Source of the DNA: Callorhinchus milii
Lineage: Eukaryota
NCBI RefSeq assembly: GCF_018977255.1
Contig: NW_024704742.1
Span: forward strand, 14,758,001 to 14,822,000
Direction: 5' to 3'
DNA: 64,000 bases
Positions within the stretch are counted from its first letter, which is position 1, and the number at the start of each line of letters is the position of its first letter. Both the position numbers and the translations under genes were made by a program. The notes under the pieces were generated by a model that worked only from the letters and a program-made list of their open reading frames with translations, was not told the DNA's origin and ran no database searches. Positions 23,581-35,925 of this stretch are shown piece by piece.

Positions 23581-26451
23581 GGTATTAAATACTGCCCAAT
23601 GCTGCCTTTTAAAATTAGAGAAAGGAAAAGGTTGTACTGCTTTGGTTGTTATTATTACAATAGCTGCACACCCTAACGACCATCGTGGCAGATTTTCAGT
23701 GGAGTTTTTGGAGCATGATATACAATACAATACACAATTACATTTGTCTGACAGCTTTCACGTCAGAAGGACATCCCAAGGTGCTCATCAGTCAAGGATA
23801 TTCCTGGCTATTTAGAAACATTGTTCAGAAATGCTGCCTTTCTTTTCAAAGAGCTGGCACAGACACGATGGGCTGCATGGCCATCTTCTGTGCTGTATAA
23901 TTCTATGATTCTATGAACTGGGAACTCTCCATTGCATTTACAAACAACAGGCTCAACTAACCAAGAGTGAACAGCAGACTATTTAATGCTGGTTTGATTG
24001 TCACCACCTAAGACCATCTCTCTCTCTCTCTCTCTTCCCTTGTATCTTATGTCATGTGATCGTGATTGTGTATATACATATAAACGATATTGTGAGTGCC
24101 ATATGATTCTAATTTAATAGCAGTTATCAATATTTTACTTTCATCCCACTTTGTATCTTTCATTATCAGTGTCATTTTTCTTTTGTTCATCTCCAAAATT
24201 AGCCATGTATTTTGCAATTTTTCCCATTATGAAAATTCAGGCTGCAAGCCATTATTTTGTGAAATGAATCAAAAATAGATCCCAATATTCTTTTCTTTAG
24301 AACAGTCTCATCCTTTTAAGCAGTCACGTCATTTCCCATGCCTGCTATCCTGGCGAGATTGTTAATATAATTTAATCCCCTGTTGTGCTTTAGATTTGGA
24401 TAACACTGGGAGTGAGCATGAGATGTCCCAAACTTATTTATTCAAATTCAAAAGTTTAATTTCTTTTTAAATTTCTCTAAAATTGGCTGCTGCATTTTTC
24501 TCACAAAATACAGTCACTCAATTTTACAGTATATCTTGTGAAGCGCTTCGAGATGCCTCAACAGCGTGATATTATTATTATTATAGTTCATGCAGGAGCC
24601 ATTAAAATCAGCGCAAAGAAAGGACTTTCATCTCATCAGCCAACGCCTCATCTGAACTTGGATCCAGGATGCGAGAGATATAAAATGCAGTATGCAAACT
24701 ATTGTGGTATACAATATTGGAGAGTTTGAAACTGAGTTTTATAGATTACATTGGAGAGGAGGTTTCTTTAATTATTACTCTTTAATGCCCTTCTGTTTAT
24801 TTGTAGATATCTGAATTGTTTTTTGGCACATATATTTTGATTTAAACAATGCTAACCTTATTAGAGGAACTCTCTCAGAAATACGTTTATGGACCTGACA
24901 GTATACTCAAATGAAATTACTACTTTGCTTAGTGCAAAACAATAACTCATTCCCTATCTTGATCTTGATCCAGCTCCTTCCTGCTATCTAGTAGGTAAAC
25001 TTTCCACTCTTTTTCCCTGATAACACAGTAATTTATTGTTTGTATGTCAAAGTAAATTTTTCTGGCTTGCTTTATAAATATGCCCACTTTCCCAGTGTTT
25101 CCTACATTTTAAATCTTTCAATGGACAAACTTTGTGATTTTAGATGGTTAGACTCCAGCAGTATCCCAACCACACTCCGGGGTCCCCAAGCCTTGGCTCT
25201 TACCAACTTGTGCCTAATACTCTCAGGACTTCAGTATTGAGTTTGGGGGCACCATATTGTTGATAAACTTAATAAGGAAACCAGTCGACTTTGATAAATT
25301 ACTGAACATTTATGTTATTGCTAATAAATTATTCTTGCCAGATTCCTGCTGTGAATAAGCAGAGCTGAGTGTGAAGTGCATTCATTGCTTTACTAAGTTT
25401 GCAAAGTGCATGAAACCATTTCCTATTCTCCTTTGTGCCATTTAATTTGGGTCTGCAATGGAAAGAGCCCAAAGTAGAGATCATGGAAAAGTTGATGCTG
25501 GCAATGCAAAGTAGCCTGAAGGTTTTTACTGTTAACAAAAATCTTTATGTTGGTGACTTCCAGATTCTTGAGACTGCAGAAACTACTGCTGTTCCTGTGG
25601 TAATAGAATAACGTTCCCTGTTCTAGCCTGTCACAAGCGCATTGCCAGCTTTCCCCTTCCACCAAGGTTGCTTACCTTCTCAAACTCTTAAACATGGATT
25701 TACACAACTTTCTTCACGAATTGCATTGGCCAATGTTCACTCGCAGTGATAATAATGCAAGTAGGTGGTGTTTTGAAAACAACGATAAACATGTTTAATA
25801 TTGAAAAGGGTTGATAGCTTTTTAAGCAGAAGTGTTATCCCCTTGCATTCATTTTGTTAATTAGAGACCCCTGAAGTGAAAGTGTGAGATACTCTGTGTT
25901 CCTTTAATACACAAAGAATAGATCCATCATACCAGACAGTGTAGAGGAGATACTGAATTAAACCTAGTTCAGGTTACAGCATACAGTGTTACAGAAATGT
26001 ATGTTTTAGTGTTATCATGACAGTCTCAGCTCAGAATTATACATGTTCTCAAATTGGAATGTTTAGATATACACATTAATGAGCACAATAACAATAGTAG
26101 AGGCTGTTGGGTTATGTTCATTTCTAGATCAAATGATGAATGTAAGAACTTTGGAAGTTGATTAATATTTAGGACTATAGAAGCATTCCAAGATAAACCC
26201 ATCACAATGAATGTACACAGCTCATTGTTATCCAGTTAATATGCTCTGTGGCGTGCAACATATTTTTTTCCAAATTGCAGCTGGGACTACAGCCTAAAAC
26301 AATCCTAAATATGCCATGGTTCAAGTAGTTACTGGGTTTGGGACTGGATAGATTTGTCTGTTTCCAATATGGTTGTAATATGAAATCTTTACACTGAAAT
26401 CTTACCCTTGATTGACAGTTGTACTATTGTTCTTATATATATAACTGTTTA

Positions 26452-26771
26452 TGGAGTCCTGTAGCTCAGTGGTTAGAGCACTCGCTTTGCAAGAGAGAGA
26501 CCTGAGTTCAATTCCAGGCAGGGCGAAACCTTGGGCAAGTTTCCTTACTCCACACACCTAATAATAATCCCTCCAAAACAAAACAATAATAAAATTGGTC
26601 ATTTTCGATCTATGACTGTTTGCGGGACATTGCTGTGCGCAATTGGCTGCTGCGTTCGCCCACAAATATACAGTCAATTCACTTTACAGTGTGTTCTGTG
26701 AAGCGCTTTGGGACGTCCTCCCGACATGAAAAGCGCTATATCAAATGCAAGGATTATTATTATTATTATTA
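26452..26771 (+). mobile_element. Full-length young SINE inserted in the TLR pseudogene
   Basis: Nearly identical to 16521-16840 and 63589-63920. Confidence 0.93.
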
Positions 26772-27009
26772 TTTCTAGTCTTCTGGTGTAAGGGGCCAAA
26801 TTTCACCTGGATCCAGATTAACTCTATTAATGTGGGATTAAAGAGTGTTCGGCAAATTGCAGAATTCAATTTTAACTTTGATTCCCACTTTCGGTAGTTT
26901 TTAAAAGTATTGACAGAAAATTGGCTTCAAACATAAATAATTTTTTTAAGAATTTGAACAAAGGCGGATATGCTCTTGACCAAAGTCACTGGTGAAGATA
27001 AGGCCTTGT

Positions 27010-27148
27010 TGGGGAAAAATCCCTGTATTTCTAAACCCATTCCTTGTGTTAACTGTGTTTCAGAAGCACTGTTAATTAACACAAAAACTGGTTTAGAAAC
27101 ATATAATTAATACTAACAAGGGTTTAGGAACATGGCAATTTCTCCCCC
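27010..27148. mobile_element. Near-palindromic hairpin MITE
   Basis: ggggaaaaatccctgtatttctaaaccc at left pairs with gggtttaggaacatggcaatttctcccc at right; internal arms also pair. Confidence 0.7.
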
Positions 27149-27929
27149 TTTTTGTCATTTTGTTGTGTTTATAACTGAAGATTAAAACTGATTCTAGCAT
27201 TTTTGTAGAATGTGTGCAATCAATATAAAGCCTCATTGTAATCTGTTGGGTTGAGTTTTCTTTGTATGGGAAATTTCATGAGCTGCCTCGTCTTTCAATG
27301 AAATCAGGTTCTCTACACATGCAGGACCCCATTCTGGAATCCATGAATGTAAATGTGTACCAGCTATGCATAACATCCATTAACTTGTGTCTCACAGCTC
27401 AATGGTGGGAGAGAGATTCATGAGGTGGGGTGGTAAGCACTTAGGACCACCCTGTTACACTTGGAGGGGTCCAACCTGTTCATGGGGGTATCGATTGACT
27501 GTTGTGTGTTTTTTCGAACTGCAGTTCTGTTTGATATGATAATTATCCACAATTTTGACCCCTGCAATTCACTTGACTTTAATTCTTGGAATGGAAAGAG
27601 TGTGTCTGAGCAGCATTGCTGAAATGTGCTTCAGGCGATTAATGATCATGCCACTAAAGACCGACCAAAAGTCTTGTAAAGCTATTATGTTTTTGATAAA
27701 GTGCCAGTACGTTACAAGTCTTATCCAGCAACCTTGGAAGCATAAAGTGAAAATGTTACATACTCTCTTGCATACTGTGAATAGCATCAATGAACCTAAA
27801 ATTTTACAAAAAAAACAAGAAATAACTAAACTTGAGGGAATAAAGTGTTATTGCCAGAGTTTTGTTTTATAATTTGTTTCACGCGATGTTTAGAAGCATT
27901 CTCAATTTAGTTTGCAATTCACCTCGATG

Positions 27930-28105
27930 TAATAAAAATAATCCTCATATTTGGAACAGCACCTTATCAAGTTGTCAAAACACCTCAAGGTGCTTCACAG
28001 ATTTACTGTAATGTGAATTGACTGTCTAAGTATTTTGTAGGCAAACGCGGCAGCCAATTTGCACACAGCAATATGCCACAAACAGCCATGAAGTGAATAA
28101 CCATG
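27930..28105 (-). mobile_element. Old SINE 3' fragment within the TLR pseudogene
   Basis: Reverse Deu core gcggcagccaatttgcacacagcaa and tail. Confidence 0.75.
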
Positions 28106-30879
28106 CTAAATACTTCTGTTACTTATATAAATGGAGGTGCAATGGATGGAAGTATTGGACAATTTACAAATGCCTGAGCTGAGTATGTAAGAAATACTGA
28201 TGTAAACTATGAGATTTGCTATACCAAATGCAAGGATTATCTGACCATATCATATTATCGACCAGCCAGCTGATTTAATGGTACCAACCATAAATTTGCT
28301 AAACAGACATAGCAAACATTTTAAGTACAGCTCATTGCTACTTTCTCAACTCAAAGGCTGCCTTATCCAAATAAGGTGCTGATTTCTCTGCTTCATACAC
28401 TGTGAGTCAGACATGAAGATGACAGCATACTTTGCAAAGAGGATTTGACTCTTGAGATTGCATCTTGGATCTTTATAATTAATCTTTATAACACAACACA
28501 ACTAAAAAAGATAATTGGAGATAAAATATCGGATGGTGAGGGTGCTTCCTTTCATCTGGGAGCTTCTTCCACTGCACTTTGCCAAATGTTCTGCTCCTTG
28601 TGCTTCAACTAACAAATTCTTTGATGTGATGTTCATCAATTTATCCCTGTTGACTATAATTAAATTTTAACATAACATTGTATTTTGAATGTAAAATTCA
28701 ATTATATAGAAAATTGTACTTGAGCTGCCTCTAAATTCTACAGAGGGTTGAAAACAGCCTCTGAGAGGGAAAGCCACAGCACAAATTATACAGAATAAAG
28801 GCCACAGAATATGAAGTGTATCTTGTACAAGGAACCCCATCCACATCACATTGACGTGTGAGACAATCTTGGGCCAAAATGCTCATGTCATTTATGCTAT
28901 GAGTTTTCCCGTTCAGGTATTTTTCTGAACACCGGAGAACAATTGGCAAACCTCAGCAGACAGAGAATAGTATTTGCCCTACGTCAACAGATGTGGTACC
29001 TGGAGTCCACAGAGCAGAATAATGTACCAATCCCCTCCATTGCCATCCCTTATTTGTTGTGAATGATGATGATAGCACAACACGCTTTGCTTCAGATTTT
29101 CAGATTCAGTTCTAATTCCCAAATTTGGCCAAAGTTCACACTATGATTCTCTTCTGAGAGTGGGATGTCAGTATCAGGGAATTTGTTTAAAGCAGCATTA
29201 ACCAAAGGTAAATTGCCAATGGATAGGAGGTGGGAAATAATTATGAGTATAATCTGATGCTATACAGCATTCAAGATAATAGTACAACTTAATCCCTATC
29301 TATGACAGATGTTGCCTTATATCAGATGCTCTTAATATGTTACCAACCTTTAATGTCAACAGATTTCTTTATTGAACAATTTGGTCATTCAATAATATGA
29401 TGGGGCAAAATTTAAGTGACCATATCCAATCAGTTTCCTACTTATTTTATTTAAACAGGAGAAGCTGTTTGCAGGGAAATCAGAGGCTGGCGGGAGTTCA
29501 GCGAGTAAAGGTGAAGTACTAAAAGTGGCATGACTTAAGAAATTTGCTCCATTCCTTCAAGAGTCTCTAATGTGAATTGAAGAGATGAATCCTGCAAAAG
29601 TTGTCCCAGATGTGTCTATCCAGAAAGAAAAATGTCAGCGCAAGGGTTACTGCTTTTATATCGCACTTTTGTCAACAGAAAAAATCAATAAGTACATTAA
29701 TTGCAGCCTGACATGATGATCTGGGAATATAATATTCTTTCATAGAAACCCTGCAGTAACATATGAATTACAGCATCTCATCAAATGTTTGGTGTAAGAG
29801 CCAAGCAGCTGACACAACAATTTTTGCAATTGGGTTCAATGCTGTGAAAATCTACTTTCCATTACACACTTGCAACTTTGAGATTATTGTTGAGGCCTCT
29901 TTAAAATGGCAGATAGCCACTGTAATTTTTTTTGGTTCCCAAGTCAATTAATTTTATATGATGACTAGGGCATGATTAATTCATCTTTCAATGTTTTCCT
30001 CACCCACACAATTACATAATCACACTGCTTTCCTCACTTTGAAAACCAAAGATCAGTTTACACTGCTGGAAAGACTCTTAGCTAACTAAGCAGGATATAT
30101 AATTAACTGCTTCCATTTGTTCTTGCCAAAGGCTGAGGGGAGCTCTTTGTATGTTCTCAGGATCAATTATAATTACATAGAATTTACAGCACCAAAACAG
30201 GCCATTTGGCCCAACCAGTCTGTTCTGGTGTTTATACTCCATGTGTACCTCCACCCACCCTAGCTACCCTTCCCTCCGCTTTCCTCCATAACCCTCTATT
30301 CCGTTCTCACTGGTATATGCTCTTTGATGATGCAATCAAAGGAACCATAATTGATTTAATGAACCTTTCACTCTCCTGACCGGATCTACTCATGCATTTA
30401 TATGCGCATGGTTTATTCTTTGAGACAAGCATATTCTGATAATTGGCAATAGTTTTTGACATTATTAAAGAGGCAGTTGTCCTGCCTGAACTTTAATAAC
30501 ATTAAAATGGCTACTTTTAAAGTTTTTGATGGACTACCCAATAGCATTTATGGGAATGTTAAGTTCATACTTTTGGACATAGAAAGTGGGGCCTTCACCT
30601 CCATTGAAATTAAAGAGACAGCAGTGAATTGTTCCTTACCAGTCCACACCTAAAACAGGTTTCACACTTACACAATGAAACATTTCTTCTTTTTCAAAAG
30701 ACTCTTTGACAAAAAAAGCAGCAATCATTAAAACAGATTCATTTCCTTCTCAGAACAAATCCATTGCAACAATCCACATCCTGTATCTGAAAAGCTTATG
30801 ATCAAAAGCACTTCCTGATTGAATTAAACTGATACTTATCTCAGTTCATATCACAGCCCCAGCTGGAGTCTAGTTAAAG

Positions 30880-31265
30880 GCCTAGTTAGGGGTGATCTTA
30901 TAGAAACATATAAGATTCTTATGGGGCTTGACAGTAGATAGTGAGAGACTGTTTAGAATCTAGAACTAGGGGTCACAGTCTTAAGATTAAGGGACAGCTC
31001 TTTTGAACAGAGTTGAGGAAACACTTCTTCACTCAGAGGATAGTGAATTTGTGGATTTTTCTATTCCAAAAGGCTGTAGATGCTCAATCCTTGAACATAT
31101 TCAAGACTGAGATTGATAGATTTCTGAAGAATAGAGGGATTAAGGGATTTGGGATTAAGGCGGGCAGATGGAGTTAGCTTAGAAGATCAGCCATGATCTT
31201 ATTGAATGGCGGGGCAGGCTCGAGGGGCCGAATAGCCTACTTCTGCTCCTCATTCCTATGTTCCT
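30880..31265 (+). mobile_element. CR1 3' fragment
   Basis: [25 protein letters not shown] motifs and CR1 3'UTR ending ttcctatgttcc. Confidence 0.9.
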
Positions 31266-32025
31266 ACGTAAAGGGTGTTTGGAAGTACTAGACATCTTGC
31301 ACAAATCATCTGTGTAAAAATTTGCCGAGAGATGTTATGTTCATTTTCTCTGTGTTTTTGCAAACTGGGAAATATTCTCCTAGTGGGCCTAGAAATTATT
31401 TCTTCTTAGCAAACAAAATGGTAATAAATACACACTCATGTAAATCAAATGCAAAAACGCTGCCTCAATAAATGATAATATGAAATGAACAATTTGAAGT
31501 TGAAGTATGAAAAATTGCTAGTGCTAAATTGGCAAATGAATGAATATTTCAGTGCTACTAAAATTGAAAATGAGTGAAGGTAGGTCTTTCATGTCTATTA
31601 ACAATGCTTATTAACCCTCCCCTTCATTATTGACTATTGTCTGACTGACACTATAGTGATAATTTTAATGACCAAAAAACCAAAGTGATAGTTTTGAAGA
31701 CTTGCATTTCAAATGTTGACTTTATTAATCTGTACATTATGTAAATCTTGACAAATCAAACCCTTTGGAGACTCAGAGACTCCTGGACTTGGCTCAGACC
31801 CACCCAACCCTGGTTTGAAACACAGAATAATCCAGAATCCAATGCAGAAAGCAGGCATGTTGGCTCCAGTCTAAAGGTTGTACAATCTAAAAACAAGTCA
31901 GTGCTACTCCCAGCCTTTATTGCCATTCTCTTGTCACCAGGCCTTCCTGTACAGTGGCTTATCTAGGTTACCAGGCTGATGACATTGTGATTAAAACAAA
32001 GGTTAAAACAAAAAGGAAAGGAATC

Positions 32026-32285
32026 TAATAATAATAGTCTTTGCATTTGATACAGCGTTTTGTCACATCATTGAGATGTCATAAAGTGCTTCACAGGATA
32101 TACCGTAAAATGCATTAACTGTATTTTGCACAGCAATGTCCCCAAAACAGCCATGAAGTGACCAATTTTATTTTGAGGAGATTATTGCTCAGGACACATG
32201 GAGAAACTCTCTTCTCTTTTGGAATACTTCCATGGGATCTTTAAAATTCACCTGAACTAGCAAACGGGACCTCGTTTTAAATACA
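32026..32285 (-). mobile_element. Old SINE fragment
   Basis: Reverse tail and core. Confidence 0.7.
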
Positions 32286-32869
32286 GAATCTTGCACTGTA
32301 TAAATACAGGCACAATGCTAGTCTCCTGTGGCAACTAAGAAAGGCGATGAGAAAGATGCTACATAGAGAGGCAAGATGAAGGTAGGAGACCACAAGCCAT
32401 GAAACCCATCAGTTGTAAAACCAGCATGAAAAAAAAACTAAATTTTGCACACTGCCAGGAGCACTGTGGTCAGATTCAATGAAATACTCCAAGGTGCAAT
32501 ACAATATTGCAAGGTAAAAAAAGACCCCAGTCTGCCACTGCTTTCTGGAAGTTGATTTCGACAAATCACTTCTGCAGGTTGAGGTGTTATTTTAGTCCTA
32601 CTTGGTCTCAGTAATTGAGCCATGTAATAAAACTTTATTTCAGATGAGTTCAGTTGAATCTTACGATGATGGAAAGTTTTATTTGAATGCAATGGTTTGT
32701 GACACTTGGGTTTGAGTTTCTAATTGAAATATTGGAACATCCTCACCCACAGGTATAATGTGATCAATTTGTTGGAGAATGCAGACCAGCAACACAACAA
32801 AGGGAGCATCTGAAATTTTTGAGGATGAAAATCACTGTGGCTGTGAATATTTTTCTGGTGTTTCACTGT

Positions 32870-33985
32870 CTCGTGCAGTGTCCCTCAGGGCTCTGTCCTC
32901 GGTCCCCTCCTCTTCACCCTCTATATGCTCCCCATTGGTGACATCATCTGCAGACATGGGGTTAACTTCCACATGTATGCGGATGATACCCAACTCTACC
33001 TTTCCTCCTCTACCCTCAACTCCACGACCACCGATGTCCTGACAGCCTGCCTGTCTGACCTTGAGTCCTGGACAAGAGAAAACTTTCTTCAGCTCAACAT
33101 GCGTAAAACTGAGGCCCTCATGACTGGCTCGCGTTAGCGCCTCCGCACCTCAGGCGCTGACAGCATCAGCATCCAAGGCTGCACTCTCCACCTCTCAAAG
33201 CCAGTCAGGAACCTTGGTGTTCTGTTCGACCCTGAGCTGTCCTTTTTCCCTCATATCCGCGCCACAACTGCCACCGCCTTCCATCACCTCTGGAACATCG
33301 CCAGACAACGGCACTACCTCACCCCTCACGCTGCTGAAACTCTGGTCCACACCTTTATCACCTCAAGGCTGGACTATGGGAACTCTCTCCTCGCCGGCCT
33401 TTCCCGCACCTCCCTCCACAAGCTGCAGGTCATTCAGAACTCTGCAGCTCGTGTACTGTCCCGCACCAGGTTTCGTGACCACATCACTCCCACCCTCGCT
33501 CGCCTCCACTGGCTCCCCATCCCCCAGAGGATCGAATTCAAGATCCTCATCCTCACCTACAAGGCCATTCACGGCTTTGCTCCCTCCTACTTCTCCGACC
33601 TACTATCCCCCTACATACCTGTCCGTACCCTCCGTTCCTCTGGCTCCGGTCTGCTCCACATCCTCCGCCCCAACCGTCCTACCATCGGTGGCCGGGCCTT
33701 CAGCCTCTCAGCCCCTAGGCTCTGGAACTCTATCCCCCAGTGCCTTCGCCTTGCCTCCTCCCTTTCCTCCTTCAAGGCCGGTCTCAAGACCTTTCTCTTT
33801 GACCGTGCCTTCAGCTCCCCTCTCGACTCTCTACCCCCTCCTCGCTCCCTCCCTTCCCTCCGCTCACCCTGACCATTTCCCCCCTGCTCGGGTCCTGACC
33901 CAACTGTACAGCGCTTTGGGACGTCCTCCCGACGTGAAAGGCGCTCTATAAATTGAATCTTGTTGTTGTTGTTGTTGTTGTTTGT
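32870..33985 (+). mobile_element. Young 5'-truncated L2 (RT YADD to tail)
   Basis: [21 protein letters not shown]2 C-terminus, stem-loop tail and (tgt)n. Confidence 0.95.
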
Positions 33986-34459
33986 TAGTAAATTACATAT
34001 ACACAGTACTGCACTTACAGCAAAATCCTGTTACTTTATATCAAAAGCAAGGATTATTATCATAAGTTAACTATAAATTCTGTTCAGTTGGTCAGTGAGC
34101 ACTTCTCCTTCCCATCAATAACATTATTGATCTTTGCAGTGTAAGTTTATAAAAAGGAAAATTTCATTGTTAAGGCCATGTTGCTAAAATACATTATTTT
34201 ACCAACCAATGGAGAATTGAATGTGCTGGCCGAACAAGCTCAGTATGTTTCATAAGGATCACAGAATCAATGGAGTTTATATGCATCGCATTTTGTGATG
34301 TCAACCTTTAATAGATTTTCTTTTCATATTGATCTTCCCATTGTGGTCATAACAACAACAACATAACAAGCAATGAGTAGGTAGACCATAGGTAAATATT
34401 TACAGGTTCCTTAGGATGTTGATAGGCTAGAATATATTGGGTTATAGGTTTAGAGTTAT

Positions 34460-35925
34460 AACCTGCATGAAACCGACCACCTGCTTCCTCGACCCCCATC
34501 CCTACCCCTCTGCTTACCTCCCAGCTCCACCTCCTTGCCCCTCTACTCACAGATATCATAAACCTCTTCCTGTCTACTGGTACTGTCCCCACCCTTTAAA
34601 AAATGGCCATCATCACACCTTTCCTTAAAAGACCCCCCTGGACCTATTCCTGCTCTCAAACTGTCACCCCATCTCCAACCTTCCTTTCCTTTGCAAGGTC
34701 CTGGAATGAATTGTTGCTTCCCAGCTTTGCTCCTTCCTCTCCTACAACTCCCTTCGCGAACCCCTCCAATCATGTTTCCGTGTTGCCCACAGCACAGGAA
34801 CAGCTCTGTTCAAAGTGACAAATGACATTCTGTCCATCTGCAACCAGGGCTCCCTCTGCCTCCTCGTCCTCTTTGACCTCTCTGCTGCCTTCAACATGGT
34901 TGACCACTCTATCCTCATCCACAGCCTCTCCTCTCACCTCACTTCATCTCCACAAGCGACTTCTCCTCTAGCCACATTCCTCGGGGCTCTGTCCTCGGTC
35001 CCCTCCTCTTCAACATCTATATGCTCCCTCTTGGTGATATCACCTGCAGACATGGAGTCAACTTCCACATGTATGCAGATGACACCCAACTCTACCTCTC
35101 TGCCTCCACCGTTGACTCCAGGACCACTGCTGTGCTGACAGAATGTCTATCAGACATCAAATCCTGGATGAGAGCTAACTTTCTTCAGTTGAGCATACGT
35201 AATTTTGTTATTGTTGTTGTTGTTGTTGAAGAGTGAGGCCCTCCTGGCTCTGACAGCATCAGCATCCAAGGATGCAGGCTCCACCTTACTAAGCCAGTCT
35301 GGAACCTTGGCATCTTGTTTGACCCTTGACTATCCTTTCTACCCCACATTCATGCCATGACCCGCTCTGTCTTCCGCCACCTCCACAACATTGCCCGGCT
35401 CCGACACTGTCTCACACCTCAGACCACCGAGGCCCACATACATGGTTTCATAACATCCAGGCTTGCTATGCAACCTCTCTGCTTGTCGGGCTCCCCAACT
35501 CCTCTCATTCAGAACTCTGCAGCTTGTGTCCTCTCCCGCACCAGGCTCCGTGACCCTATCACCCTCATCCTCACCTGACTCCAATAGCTTCCCATCACAC
35601 AGAGTATACAGCTCAAGATCCTGGTCCTCACCTTCAAAGCCCTCCTTGGTCTTGCTCCCCCCTATCTCTACGACCTCCTAACCCCCTATCAACCTGCCTG
35701 CTCACTCCGCTCAGCAGGCTCCGGCCTGCTTCATGTCCCCTGCCTCACCTGCCTTCTCTCCCCCCCCCACCATTGGCGGGCAGGCCTTCAGCCATTCTGC
35801 CCCCATTTTCTGGAACTCCATCCCCCAGTCCCTCCGTTTCACCCCCTCGCTTGGCTCCTTCAAGACCCATCTGAAGACCCTCATCTTCGACTGTGCCTTT
35901 TGATCACTCTCCTTCCCCTCCAGGG
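34460..35925 (+). mobile_element. Older L2 ORF2 fragment
   Basis: LLVLFDLSAAFNMVDH and [11 protein letters not shown] with multiple frameshifts. Confidence 0.9.

Larger units (their letters stand above)
24910..28846 (-). pseudogene. Decayed Toll-like receptor pseudogene (TLR11 family, TLR13/21/22-like), interrupted by SINEs and MITEs
   Basis: Minus-strand remnants in order: signal peptide plus AVAFPLRGCFQ (28846-28750); LRR-like YLDKAAFE, ISYI..QAFVNCP, LNIA*NKL, NRLKHIS, ISYYNHI, LDNNEL, MGLSWN, FENMYN..HDN..YIS, ISHFHFRGL, FQNTTYLH, SMFKSLRR*ATL; LRR-CT WQCACD (25647-25630); hydrophobic FRLLCIASINFSMISTLGSF; TIR QLCL/HSR (25367-25348), IYQSR (25299-25285), LLS..STIWC (25254-25249). Many stops and frameshifts. 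Confidence 0.8.

Noticed and set aside
25329..25538. HCRPKLNGTKENRKWFHAL resembles the PDE5A C-terminus (PDE5A neighbours FABP2 in mammals)
   Set aside because: No splice context and no other PDE exons; the segment fits colinearly as the TM/TIR start of the TLR remnant.
29200..30640. Possible second TLR remnant upstream of the pseudogene
   Set aside because: Minus-strand translation showed no convincing LRR or TIR motifs.
33214..33951. 245-aa Pro/Ser-rich ORF (and the similar 20897..21493)
   Set aside because: Alternative frame of C-rich L2 sequence.
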